A DNA stretch of 64,000 bases from an uncultured Gemmatimonadales bacterium (GCA_963701965.1 OY969695.1:416001-480000); one strand, 5' to 3'. Counted from the stretch's first letter, positions 51,907-62,402 are shown. Made by a program: numbers and translations. The notes: generated by a model not told the origin, from the sequence alone.

Positions 51907-52992
51907 ATGAGCCGGTGGAACGCGACCGGCGTCACCCAGCGGTTGGGGATCGACTACCCGATCATCCAGGGACCGTTTGGCGGGGGCGGCTCTACGCCAG
52001 CGCTCGCGGCGGCCGTGTCCAATGCCGGCGGCCTCGGCTCGTTCGGCGCATTGGCGAGCGCGCCGGACGAGATCGGGACGATCGCGCGCGACATTCGCGC
52101 CCTCACATCGAAGCCGTTCGCCATCAACCTGTGGGTGTCGACGTACGACGCCGCCGCCCTCACGGCCGACCGGGACGCGTATGCGCGCGCCGCGGATGCG
52201 CTCCGTCCGTTCTTCGATGAAGTCGGTGCCGTCCCGCCGGACTTTCCGACGGGCGTCGGCCTCGCGTTCGAGGATCAAGCGCGCGCGGTGATCGACGCCG
52301 CTCCCGCGGTGTTCAGCTTCATCGTCGGTGTCCCGTCCCGGGCGATCCTCAATGAGTGCCGGCGAAAAGGCATTGTCACGCTGGGCACGGCCACGACGCC
52401 CGCCGAGGCGGTGGCCTTGGAGACGGCCGGAGTGGATCTCATCGTGGCATCGGGCTTCGAGGCGGGCGGGCATCGCGGCTCGTTTTTGGCGGCGGCCGAG
52501 CAGTCGCTTACTGGCACATTCGCCCTGGTGCCACAGGTGGCGGACGCGGTCCGTGTCCCGGTCATCGCCGCCGGCGGCATCGGCGACGCGCGCGGGATCG
52601 TCGCCGCGTTGACCCTCGGCGCACAAGGCGTGCAAATGGGCACGGCGTTTCTGGCATGCGACGAGTCTGGCGCCTCGCCGTTGCACAGGGCCGCCCTCTT
52701 TGGCGATCTCGGTCGGCAGACGGGCCTCACGACCAAGTTCACCGGGCGGCTGGCGCGCGGCATCCGGAACCGCCTAATGGACGAGATGGCGGGCGATCGC
52801 TTCGTGGCGATGCCCTATCCGATTCAGCGGGGGCTCATGCGCCCGCTGGCGGTGGCTGCCGGGGCGCTTGGGCGCACGGATCTCATGACCTTGTGGGCCG
52901 GGCAGGCCGCGCATTTGGTGCGGCACCGCACGGTGGCGACCCTGATGGCGACCTTGGTCGCCGACGCCGACCGGCTTACGCGAGCGCGTTGA
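51907..52992 (+). CDS. nitronate monooxygenase family flavoprotein
   Basis: YPIIQ.P, AVSNAGGLG, EAGGHRG, AAGGI.D.RG, MGTAFL, LWAGQ. Confidence 0.92.
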   Translation: MSRWNATGVTQRLGIDYPIIQGPFGGGGSTPALAAAVSNAGGLGSFGALASAPDEIGTIARDIRALTSKPFAINLWVSTYDAAALTADRDAYARAADALRPFFDEVGAVPPDFPTGVGLAFEDQARAVIDAAPAVFSFIVGVPSRAILNECRRKGIVTLGTATTPAEAVALETAGVDLIVASGFEAGGHRGSFLAAAEQSLTGTFALVPQVADAVRVPVIAAGGIGDARGIVAALTLGAQGVQMGTAFLACDESGASPLHRAALFGDLGRQTGLTTKFTGRLARGIRNRLMDEMAGDRFVAMPYPIQRGLMRPLAVAAGALGRTDLMTLWAGQAAHLVRHRTVATLMATLVADADRLTRAR

Positions 52993-54232
52993 GGAGCGCG
53001 TCGATGTCGGCGTCGTCGTTGTACAACGACGGCGAGACGCGCATCATGTGCCCTTCGACTTTGACCACGACGTTGGCTTGCGTGAGTCGGCGCTCCGCGG
53101 TCTCCGGATCTTTCACGACGAACGAGACGATCTGCAATGTCGTCTCGGGCGGCGTCAGAGGGGGATAGCGGCGGGAGAGCGCCTGCTGCACGCGTCGCGC
53201 CAGCGCGAGATTGTGCGCGTGCACATTGGCGACGCCGTAGTCCTTCAAGAATGCGAGCGAGTGCGCCAGGGCCGCGGCGGTCGTCGACGAGACCGTGCCG
53301 ACCTCGAAGTGCCCCGGCACGCCCGCGATCGGCTTCCACGTGGCCGGCGTCTCGGCCGGTGTGTCGCCCGGCAAGAAGTGCGTCTCGAACTCGCTGTACT
53401 GGCGGAAGCTGTATTGCGTGCGGTGGACCACCGCATCGATCAGGTCTTCGCGTACGTACAGAAAGCCCAGGCCGAAATCCCCCATGAGCCACTTGTAGCT
53501 CGACGACGCCAGACAGTCGATCCCCGTCGCCCGGACATCGATCGGGATGGCCCCGGCGGCCTGCACGGCATCGGCGTAGACGATCGCGCCGTGCGCGTGG
53601 GCGAGATCGCAGATCGCCTTGAGGTCGTGTTGGAAGCCGTTGATGTAGGAGACGAGGGACAGGGCGACGAGCTTCGTGTTCTTGTCGATCAAGCGCTCCA
53701 TGTCTTCGACGCGTATGCGCCAGTCGCGCGGCATCGCCATGCGGAAGTCGAGGCCTTGGGCCTGGAGGGACCGGTACAGATACGTCGATCCCTCGAAGTG
53801 CAGCCCGTCCGACACGACGTTGCCGCCGCTCTTGGGGAGGCCCAGGCCCGCGACGATCAGATTCTCGGCGGCCGTGGTGCTCGGCACGTAGCTGATCTCG
53901 GCCGGCTTCGCGTTGATCATCTCGGCGAACAGGCCGCGCACGCGCTCGTCGATGCCGTTGGCTGTCACGCCCAGACCCGGCGACGCGGTCGGCGCGGGTG
54001 GCGCCGGCGGGGATCCACGGACCCGGCGTTCCATGTAGGTCTCGATGGCGCGTTGGGCCGAGAGGCTCATGGGGTGGACCGCGGCGTTATTGAGATAGAT
54101 GCGCGTGGCGGCCATCGGGAAGTCGTCGCGGACCGAGGCCGGCGTAAGGGCGTCCAAGCCTCGCGTAGGATCGATCGCTGACGCGACCAGGACACGACCG
54201 GCTCTCGCGAGCCAATCGCGTCGGGTGCTCAT
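52976..54232 (-). CDS. Tat-exported class V PLP-dependent enzyme
   Basis: MSTRRDWL twin-arginine leader; YLNNAA..P, DAVQAAG, SSYKWL.G..G.G, RVSP.LYN. Confidence 0.88.
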   Translation of the reverse strand: MSTRRDWLARAGRVLVASAIDPTRGLDALTPASVRDDFPMAATRIYLNNAAVHPMSLSAQRAIETYMERRVRGSPPAPPAPTASPGLGVTANGIDERVRGLFAEMINAKPAEISYVPSTTAAENLIVAGLGLPKSGGNVVSDGLHFEGSTYLYRSLQAQGLDFRMAMPRDWRIRVEDMERLIDKNTKLVALSLVSYINGFQHDLKAICDLAHAHGAIVYADAVQAAGAIPIDVRATGIDCLASSSYKWLMGDFGLGFLYVREDLIDAVVHRTQYSFRQYSEFETHFLPGDTPAETPATWKPIAGVPGHFEVGTVSSTTAAALAHSLAFLKDYGVANVHAHNLALARRVQQALSRRYPPLTPPETTLQIVSFVVKDPETAERRLTQANVVVKVEGHMMRVSPSLYNDDADIDALLNALA

Positions 54233-55973
54233 TGGGGGTCCACGTGCAGGACCGCCATCATGCCGGACCCAGAGATGCTCGGCGATGTGACAGTGGAGCA
54301 TCCAGGCGCCGGGGTTCGACGCGTCGATCAGGAGATCGACCGTCGACCCACGGGGATGATCGCCGTGTCCTTCCACACGAGATTCTTCGTCGGGCACGCC
54401 GTCGCGCGACGACGACGAGCATCCGCTGGCCGTGCAGATGGATCGGGTGCTGCATCGGGTGGAACGACATCGGATCGTTGAAGATCCGGAGCTTGACCAT
54501 CGACCCCCGCTTCACGTGCCAGTCGATGTCCATGTTCTCCTTGCCTGACGCCTCGTCGCGGATGATCCACGTGGACCTGATTGGCTCGTCGACAGCCAGT
54601 TCATGTCCGGCATCCCGTCGACCCATTCGACGGGTGCGAAGTACGCCGTATCGACGTTCATGAACTGCACCGTGGCCAGCGGCAGGCCTGCCGTCGCGCA
54701 CCGTCAGCCTGAGCGTCTTGTCGGGCGGCCGATCGAATGCCGGGCGGAACGCTCGATGTCGCGTCGTGACCGCGGCGTTCTGCGCGGAGCGTCGCGAACT
54801 GCTTCGCGTAGTCCGGCGTGGCCGGCGCGGTGCCGACCGTCACGTGCCAAGCGTGTCGACCTCCGGCGCGAACTCGCCGCGTGAAGTGATTGATCGCCTG
54901 CACCGCGTTGACCAGCGCGTACCGGCCCGGCGTGCGGGAACCGCACCTCGACGATGTAGCGCTCGGCCGGCGCGAGGACGACGCTCGGCACCCGTTCTTC
55001 GCGCTCGAACCGGCTCACGTCCGACGCGACGACTTTGATCGGGCGCGTCGCCGAACGACACGTTGTACGTGCGCGAGCTCGAGACGTTGGTGAGGAAGAA
55101 CCGGACGACGTCGCCCTTCGCCGCGTGCAGCGCATAGCGCGGCTCGCCGTTGACGAGCAGCATGTTGCCCGACGCGGCCCATCAGCGCGAAGTCCGGGCT
55201 CCTCCTTGCCGAACGGGATCAGCGTGTCCGCCGTTGACTGAGCAGATCGTCGAGCATCAGCACTTCCTCGCGGTTCACCGGCGAGTAGTAGTCCTTGTCC
55301 GGCGAGTCGACGAGCATGTTGCCGAAGAGGCCCATCGCCTGCTCGATGTCTTCGCGCACGTGCGGGTGATACCAGTAGATCCCCGCGTCCGGGAAAGTGC
55401 ACGTGATAGACGTAGCTGCCGCCCGCCGGCACGGCCTCCTGCGTCAGCCCCGGCACGCCGTCGAGGCGTTGTTCTCCAGCCGCACGCCGTGCCAGTGCAC
55501 GGCGCTCGGCAGATCGATCCGATTGTGAAAGCGAACGGTGATCGTCGCGTTCTGCGGCACGCGGATGAGCGGGCCCGGGACCTGGCCGTTGAACCCGTAC
55601 ATCGTGAACGCGTGCCCGTCGATCGTGCGCCGCACGAGCATCGCGGTGAGATCGAGCGTGTCGCCGTCGTGCATAGCGGCACGAGCTGCGGCGGCTTGGC
55701 GGCCGGGATCGCTGGCGGCGTCGACGCCCGCGCCCGGCATGAAGAGTCGTCCGCTGGCGGCGTCAAGCCGACGAGCCCCGGGATCATCGGCATGCCCGCC
55801 GGCATCGGGATCGGCATCGACATGCCGCATGTCGGTCGTGCGGACATGCCTTTCATCGCCCGACATTCCGTTCATGCCGGCCATGCCGGCATCTGCGCGG
55901 CGGCGTAGTGCGCTTGCGCCGCGGCAGATGCCGCCGCCGAGCGAATGCCATCGCCAACCGACCGCGTCATCAT
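54229..55973 (-). CDS. three-domain multicopper oxidase with Met-rich N-terminus; multiply frameshifted
   Basis: Pieces in different frames: FNGQVPGPLI, VHWHG, YWYHPHVRE, LAPAERY, MQHPIHLHGQ, WKDT, WMLHCHIAEH.GSGMM; the stop overlaps the next ATG. Confidence 0.85.
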
Positions 55974-56450
55974 GGCGGGATGCCGCGAAACAGCGGGTGC
56001 GAGAGGAACGACTGCAAGCCAACCACTCGGCGACGTGCCGTGCAGCACCGTCGGTCCGGCGTGCGTCGCGACGTCGCCGATGATTCAGCGGCGACGACGA
56101 GCAGGAACTTGTTGAACGACGACCGGGCCGACGACGTTGCTGCCCGTTCTTCATCGGCCCCAGCCGGACCCACTGCGACAGGTCGGTGTGTCGTGGCCCA
56201 GGCGACGTACGCCGCGTACGGTCCCAAGGATGTGGGGGCTGGGCAGGCCGTTCGCCGTGATCTGGACGTCGTAGCTGCGCACGGCCGTCGGCGTGTCACG
56301 CCAACGCCGAACGGCGATGCCGAGAACACCAGACGCGCGTGCCCGTGCGCGTCCGGCGCTTTCGGCGTGGAGAAGAGCGGGATGTCGAACGGGCCGGCCG
56401 CGCACGGCAGGCGCGGGGACGCGCCGGCCGAGCACAGATGCTCACCAGCG
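55970..56450 (-). CDS. hypothetical beta-sandwich protein (RskA C-terminal-like); frameshifted, start uncertain
   Basis: Fragments ARLVFSASPFGVGVT, YDVQITANGLP, YAAYVAWAT, FNKFLLVVAAES, LQSFLSHPLFRGIPP-stop. Confidence 0.5.
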
Positions 56451-57850
56451 CGGCTACGTCGTGCATCGGACTGCACGAAATCGGCGCTGTGGACTGGCCC
56501 GTGGTCGTAGTCCTGCACGCTCGAGATGTTCGGCATGCCGAAGTCGTTGCCGTTCCAGCCGTTGAAGCCATCCATCTTGAAGAGCCAGAGACCGGTGCGC
56601 ATGTCGGAGATCACGATCAGTCCGTCGTGGTTGCGGACGTCGACGCCGAACGCGCCCTGCATCGACGCTGGTCGTGCTCTGCCACCCGTTGTCCTGCGTG
56701 CCGCCGAAGCCGTGCTCGTGCTCGCACTCGCACGTGAAGTAGTGGCCTTCGGTCTCGGGTGCTTCGGATCCTTGAGATTGAAGATCTGCAGGCCGTCCTC
56801 GTACGCCGACACGAACACGAACGGCCAGCGGACCTCGTGGTTGTGCGACAGGTCGCGCCAGTCGGCCGTCCACGCGCTGATCGGCGTGTCGATGTTCTGC
56901 GCTTGCCCGACTGTCCTCGGCTCAGAGTCCCAGATGCGGAGCGGCGTGTACTGGTACTCCGTCTCGGTCACCGCGTAGTTGCCGTCGGGCGACGGCGTGA
57001 ACGTGTGGGCGACGTCCATGCCGAGGCTCGTGATCGTGAAGAGCTGCTTCGGGCGTCTCGGGCTTGGTGACGTCCCACACCGAGAAGCCGCCCAGGCCGG
57101 CACCGTAGAACTTGTCCTGGTGCGTGGCCGGATCGTAGCCGACGTAGAAGTCGTGGTAGCCGCCGCGCGCCGATCTGCTTGAACGGCGTGGGATTCGGGA
57201 CATCGCCGACCATCGCCGTGCTGCGGGTCCGCGCCCGCGACGATCTTGTCCAGGTCATAGATCACCGCCTTCGACGTCGTTGACCGTCACGAAGTACAGG
57301 ACGCGGCCATCGGAGTGCTTGTAGGCGAACGTGTTGTGGAAGCCGCCCGAGCGACTGCGGGTACTTGATGCGCGCGACGACCTTGACCTTGTTCGGGTCG
57401 GGCAGACCCGGTGACGTCGAAGATGACGGCGCCGAGGTCCTGCATCGGGGCTGCCCTGCATGAACTGGAACGACTGCGCGTAGTAGTAACTTGCCGCCTT
57501 GATCTTGAAGTACTTGCCGTCCATCGCGCCGATGCCGCGGTGCAGCTCGGGGTTCTCGATGGTCCAGTCGTAAGATCTTCTTCGGGCTCGCCGTGATTGC
57601 TGATGTCGTAGATCTGCGCGTCGTAGTTCACGAAGCCGCAGACGTACACGTACGGGCGATTCGGATCCTGCTCGATCTCGATATCCGCCGCTTTCCATGG
57701 CCCTGGGTGCGCCTCAATGTGGGCGAGGTTATGCATCTTTTCGCTCCCGCCGCGTTTCTGCGCGAAATCGACGACCGACGCGCCTGGGTCTTGCGCGCGG
57801 GCAATGGAGGCGACCCCGAAGAGCGCCAGTAAGACAGAGAGTCTACGCAT
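56451..57850 (-). CDS. secreted LVIVD-like beta-propeller protein; multiply frameshifted, 3' end uncertain
   Basis: Signal peptide MRRLSVLLALFG; fragments GGFHNTF, GGYHDFY, VAHTFTP, LSHNHEV, YEDGLQIF, GAFGVDVR, ISDMRTGLW. Confidence 0.75.
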
Positions 57851-57932
57851 GAAGCATCCGGTTATGAGTGGCGGCGAGTGAGACGCGGTCCCACTTTTTG
57901 ATTGCCGGCGGGCCACAGGATCTCGACGGTCG

Positions 57933-57961
57933 AGTATAGTCCGCCCCAAAAGACCGGACAA
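57933..57961 (-). promoter_or_regulatory. sigma70-type promoter for the LVIVD-MCO operon
   Basis: Minus strand TTGTCC (57961-57956), 17 bp spacer, TATACT (57938-57933). Confidence 0.65.
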
Positions 57962-58043
57962 GCCATTCGGGCAGCTTGCACCGCACGCTAACCCGGACGG
58001 TTTCGGATGTAGTCACTTGGCGTCAAGCCGTCCAGCCCTCCCA

Positions 58044-58092
58044 TAAACATGGAGCGGCACCGCGAGTCTCCCCGCAGGCCGCTCCATGTTTA
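58044..58092 (-). terminator. hairpin / probable intrinsic terminator after the DUF305-LVIVD pair
   Basis: Perfect 15-bp inverted repeat TAAACATGGAGCGGC / GCCGCTCCATGTTTA, 12 bp past the stop at 58105. Confidence 0.75.
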
Positions 58093-58104
58093 GTAAGGGG
58101 CAGC

Positions 58105-59967
58105 TTAGCGCGCTACGCTCGCGATCTCCCGCACTTCCGCCGCCAGCCGGCGCACCTTGGCAGGATCGCCCGCGCCTTGCGCATCGCCGTCAAGCTGCGT
58201 AGCCAACTGGTTCAGCGCTGCGCTCCGTTGGTCGCCGTGCAGACCTTCCGCGCTCTTGAGGCTGGCTGAGACAGCGATCGTGCGATCCGCCGGCAAGCCG
58301 TGGTTCCGCACCAACTGATCGACGTAGGCGCGGGCGACGACGAACGCCGCGGGCCAAACGAACTTCGGCTGGTCTTGGACGTTCAAGAAGTCGAAGTGCA
58401 CGAGCTTGGCTGCGTCGATCTCGTTCTGCGACATGAGGGGGCTCGCCTTGAGCTCGAAGATGTCGAGGCCGCGCGAGATCTCGGAGCCGACGATGTAGCC
58501 GTTGTACCAGTACGTCGACCAATAGCCGGCATCCACGAGCTTGGTCGAGTCCATGGGGCCGCGGTCGAAATACGCGATCTCCTTCGGGTGCGACGGGTCG
58601 GTCCAGTCGAAGATCGAAACGCCGCCCTGATACCAGGCCTGCACCATGACGTCGCGGCCCGGGATGGGGATGAGCGAGCCGTTGTGCGCGACGCAATTTT
58701 CGTTCACGGTCTGCGGCGCGCTCATCTTGTAGTAGCTGGTGAACGTCATCTGGCCATCGTTCTTGAGCTGGAAGAGGGCGTCGGCCCCCCACTCGTGCTT
58801 GTCCGTCGCCCGGCAGCGCGGCTGGCTGCCACCGCCCCACTCGTCGGAGAACAGGACCTGGGTGCCGTCGTTGTTGAACGTCGCCGAGTGCCAGAAGGAC
58901 ATGTTGGAGTCGGCGACGGCGCCGATGCGCTTCGGGTGGGCCGGGTCGTGGATGTCGAGGATCAAGCCCATGCCGCCGCACGCGCCGCCGGCGAGACCGA
59001 TCGCCGGGTAGACCGTGATGTCGTGACACTGATTGATGCTGCGCGGCATCTGCGGCCGGCGCGGACCGCCGGCGGCGTTGCGGGCCGCGGTGCGGGCCGC
59101 GGCGAGGGCCGAGTCTTCCGGCGACTCGCGGTGACGGGCGACGGTGCCGAGGCCGTTGGCGTCACCGTTCGACGCATTGGAGAAGATGCGCGGCGAGCTG
59201 ACGATCGCGGCCTGCTCCGGATGGGCGAGCGGCACTTTGATGACTTCGATGCGGAACAATGCGCTGTTCGCGTCTTCTTCTGGCATCGCGCCGGAGCATC
59301 CGGTGAGCTCGTTCGGCGAGCGCACGGCGGCCATACCGGAGACGTAGATATAGACGTTCGACTTGTCGTTCGGATCATCGACCACGGTGTGCGTGTGCGA
59401 GCCGCGGCACGTCTGGACCATCGTCACCGCTTTCGGATTACTGATGTCGGTGATGTCGAAGATCCGGATCCCGCGGGCACGGTCGTGACTCACGCTGTCC
59501 GCCACACCGCCCAAGCCGCAGTCGGTCCGGCCGTTGTTGGCCTCGGCCGACACGAAGAGCAGGTGGCCGTAGACGGACACGTCGCTCTGAGAGCCCGGGC
59601 AGACGTATGATGTCTTGAGCGTGGGGTGGCTCGGGTTCGAGATATCCCACACTTGATAGCCGCTATAGTTGCCCTGCATCACGTAGTTGCCGAAGAACGC
59701 CAGGTCGGAGTTGGTGAGGCGCGCTTCGCCCGGCGTGCTGGGGCTCAGGAACTTCTCCGACGGCTTCGTATTCGAGACCAGCTTGAGGTTCCAAATCGCC
59801 TCCCCCGCGTCCCACCATCCGGCCTTGAGGCCGACGCGCGGATCCGGGCTTGGGGCGCTCGCGGACTCGGAGGGCGACGGCGCGCCGCCGGCCGACGTGG
59901 ACGACGAGTGGGCGCACGCGGCGGACGCGAGCCCGACAGAGAACGCCAACAACGCTTTCGGTCTCAT
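58105..59967 (-). CDS. LVIVD-repeat beta-propeller lipoprotein
   Basis: Lipobox AAC; NSDLAF, WDISNP, FDITDI, GSHTHT, QCHDI, FWHSA, DEWGGG, CVAHNG, AYFDRGP. Confidence 0.9.
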   Translation of the reverse strand: MRPKALLAFSVGLASAACAHSSSTSAGGAPSPSESASAPSPDPRVGLKAGWWDAGEAIWNLKLVSNTKPSEKFLSPSTPGEARLTNSDLAFFGNYVMQGNYSGYQVWDISNPSHPTLKTSYVCPGSQSDVSVYGHLLFVSAEANNGRTDCGLGGVADSVSHDRARGIRIFDITDISNPKAVTMVQTCRGSHTHTVVDDPNDKSNVYIYVSGMAAVRSPNELTGCSGAMPEEDANSALFRIEVIKVPLAHPEQAAIVSSPRIFSNASNGDANGLGTVARHRESPEDSALAAARTAARNAAGGPRRPQMPRSINQCHDITVYPAIGLAGGACGGMGLILDIHDPAHPKRIGAVADSNMSFWHSATFNNDGTQVLFSDEWGGGSQPRCRATDKHEWGADALFQLKNDGQMTFTSYYKMSAPQTVNENCVAHNGSLIPIPGRDVMVQAWYQGGVSIFDWTDPSHPKEIAYFDRGPMDSTKLVDAGYWSTYWYNGYIVGSEISRGLDIFELKASPLMSQNEIDAAKLVHFDFLNVQDQPKFVWPAAFVVARAYVDQLVRNHGLPADRTIAVSASLKSAEGLHGDQRSAALNQLATQLDGDAQGAGDPAKVRRLAAEVREIASVAR

Positions 59968-59997
59968 GGGTAATTCGGCTAAAGGAGGATGGGAGGA

Positions 59998-60618
59998 CTA
60001 CTGACCTTCGAGCATCTCGTGCATCCGGTCGATCTCGGTCGTCTGATCGGCCTGGACGTCGGTGGCGAACTTGAAGATGCGGTCGTCCTGACCGGCGCCA
60101 TGCGCGCGGAAGAGCTTGTCGACCATGGTGATCGCGCCCGTATGATGCTGGATCATGAACGTGAGAAAGAGGCGATCGAACTCCGGGCCCCGGGCGTGAT
60201 CCAGCTGGGCCATCTGCTCCGGGGTGAGCATCCCCGGCATCAAGGTCATGCCGGCCATTCCCGCCATGTTCATGTCGGCTTTGGGATCCGGGACGGTCTG
60301 ATGACGGTCGCGTAGCCATCGCTGCATGCTCGCGATCTCGTCGCCTTGCCCAACGACAATGCGCTCGCAGAGGACCTGGACATCCCTCCGTGCGCCGTGG
60401 CTCGGCGCCCAGTTGGCCATGACGATGGCCTGGGCATGGTGGTGGATCATGCCCTGCATGAACTCGACGTCAGCCGGCGTGTAGGGCTCGATCCCCTTTT
60501 CGGCCGCCGCCGTGGCCGCTGGCGATGCGCCAGCCTCCTGGGCCTGGACTGTGGTGGCGCCCAAGCCGGCGATGGCGAGGATCGCGAGCATGTGGGGCGC
60601 ACGCAAGCCGTTCTTCAT
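59998..60618 (-). CDS. secreted DUF305 (CopM-like ferritin-fold) protein
   Basis: DVEFMQGMIHHHAQAI.MA, Q..EI..M, MPGM, FDRLFL..MIQHH.GAI.M. Confidence 0.92.
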   Translation of the reverse strand: MKNGLRAPHMLAILAIAGLGATTVQAQEAGASPAATAAAEKGIEPYTPADVEFMQGMIHHHAQAIVMANWAPSHGARRDVQVLCERIVVGQGDEIASMQRWLRDRHQTVPDPKADMNMAGMAGMTLMPGMLTPEQMAQLDHARGPEFDRLFLTFMIQHHTGAITMVDKLFRAHGAGQDDRIFKFATDVQADQTTEIDRMHEMLEGQ

Positions 60619-60778
60619 GCTCCTGTCTCTCCGGATCTGACGGTCAACTGTCTTGAACGTTTGGCCCCAATGAATCGTTGACACATGGGCGGGAGGGTCG
60701 TTACACACCCGTTTGCCCACTCTTGCCATCCGTCCGGGATCGCGCACTATTCGGCGATACCGTCGAGAAGGTGACCTC

Positions 60779-61066
60779 ATGCCGAACGGCTCCAGCGGCT
60801 GGCCAAACCTGTACTCCGTGAACGGGCCCCCCGCGGCCCTCGCGGCGCTCCTCGCTATTCCCGGCATCACGTTCGACGACCACGGGCAGTTCGTGCTCCC
60901 CGACGGCACGCTCGCGCTCACGGCCTATGCCACATCTGACGCCGTGACCGCCGCCCAGGCGGCACAACCCGGCGTGACGATCGAGTTGGTGCTCACCGGG
61001 GACCAACTGCAGCAACAACGGGAAGCCGAGATCGCCAGTCGAGAGGGAGGCGGGGGCGTTGCCTAG
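60779..61066 (+). CDS. 95-aa hypothetical protein, possible stand-alone M14 propeptide
   Basis: GAAGG RBS; beta-alpha-beta-beta-alpha-beta-like pattern; overlaps the peptidase start by 8 bp. Confidence 0.65.
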   Translation: MPNGSSGWPNLYSVNGPPAALAALLAIPGITFDDHGQFVLPDGTLALTAYATSDAVTAAQAAQPGVTIELVLTGDQLQQQREAEIASREGGGGVA

Positions 61067-62402
61067 CTACCTCAGGGCCGACGACATCACGACCCGCCTG
61101 CAAGCCGCCGCGGCCCGGCCGGAGAACCTCTGCACGTTCGGCACGTGCCCGAACGCGACGCCCGGAGACCCGGCCAACAACATCGCCGGACGCAACCCGC
61201 CCTTCGTGGAGATTCACGCCACCACGACCCCGGCCACGCCACGAACCGTGGTCGTGGTGACCGGCGGGGTCCACGCGCGCGAGTGGGCACCACCCGACGC
61301 GCTGGTGAGCTTCGTCGAGAAAATGCTGGACACCAAGGGCACGGACCCCGCGTCGTACCCGTTGCTCACCCAGAATTCGCCGCCCTCTCTCCCTTTCCCG
61401 ACATCCCCTGACACGCCGATCCTCTATCCGGCGTTCACCATGAATGCGCGGAGCGTGCAGCGCATTTTCAACAATATCGATCTCTACATCGCGCCCTTGA
61501 TGAACCCCGACGGGCGGGAGTTCAGCCGAATGCCCCAGTCGATCGTGTCCTGGTGGCGCAAGAATCGGCGCGGGAATGCCGGGCAATGCCTCGACACGCT
61601 CGGCAACGACCAAGGAATCGGCGTCGACATCAATCGCAATTTCGATATCGGGTGGGAGTTCACCACCCTCTACGCGTCATCGTTCCAATCACAGATCAAG
61701 GCGGTCGCGACCGCCTGCCCGGGGCCACCAACCTCTAACGTACAGCACGACGCGGGCGAGACGTTCCGCGGATCGGTCAAAATGGACGAGCCCGAAGTCA
61801 AGAACATGGACTGGCTCCAGAAAAAGGGCGCGCGCGTGTTCTGCGACGTGCATTCGGCCGGACCGCGTATCGTCTATCCCTGGGGTCTGGCCAACGGCAA
61901 TCAGTCGAAGTTTCCAAAACAGAACATCAAGAACCAGAGCCTGGACGGCACACGCGACGGGACGTACGCGGAGTTCGTCCCGACGGCCACCTTGGCCCGG
62001 ATGTACGTGCTCGGCGGACGCATGCAGCACTGCGTTCGCGGCACGCAAACGCTGGATCCCCGTCTCGACTCGGCAAAGGATCCATCCCGGCAGCGATTCA
62101 CGGGTGAGTACGACGTGAGCTCGTCGGGTCAGGGGCTCTACGTCGCGCCGGGCGCAGGCGAAGACTACCACTTCAGCCGGCAGTTCACGGTCAATGCCTC
62201 ATCCACGGAGAAGGCCGCTCCGCCCGAGCTCTTCGCGTACACCATCGAGTGCGGCAGCCAGGCGCAGGGCAGTTTCTGGCCTGACCGTACCTTCGAATTT
62301 CCGAAAATCGAGCGCGAGGTCCACGCGGCCCTCTGGGGCATGCTCTCGTTCATCGCGTCCCCGGCGTTCACCCTTCCGATCACCTGGCCGATCGGCCCGT
62401 GA
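61059..62402 (+). CDS. M14 zinc carboxypeptidase, no signal peptide
   Basis: GGVHAREW (HxxE), NPDG, WRKNR, GVDINRNF, DVHS, YTIEC; GGAGG RBS 8 nt before TTG. Confidence 0.92.
   Translation: MPSYLRADDITTRLQAAAARPENLCTFGTCPNATPGDPANNIAGRNPPFVEIHATTTPATPRTVVVVTGGVHAREWAPPDALVSFVEKMLDTKGTDPASYPLLTQNSPPSLPFPTSPDTPILYPAFTMNARSVQRIFNNIDLYIAPLMNPDGREFSRMPQSIVSWWRKNRRGNAGQCLDTLGNDQGIGVDINRNFDIGWEFTTLYASSFQSQIKAVATACPGPPTSNVQHDAGETFRGSVKMDEPEVKNMDWLQKKGARVFCDVHSAGPRIVYPWGLANGNQSKFPKQNIKNQSLDGTRDGTYAEFVPTATLARMYVLGGRMQHCVRGTQTLDPRLDSAKDPSRQRFTGEYDVSSSGQGLYVAPGAGEDYHFSRQFTVNASSTEKAAPPELFAYTIECGSQAQGSFWPDRTFEFPKIEREVHAALWGMLSFIASPAFTLPITWPIGP

Noticed and set aside
52976..54397. Copper motif (HCHIAEH) fused to the class V PLP enzyme
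   Set aside because: The motif belongs to the frameshifted MCO C-terminus; the PLP enzyme starts at ATG 54232 with its own Tat leader
55970..57265. 431-aa ORF as a single fusion protein
   Set aside because: It is a chimera of frameshifted pieces of the LVIVD gene and the next gene
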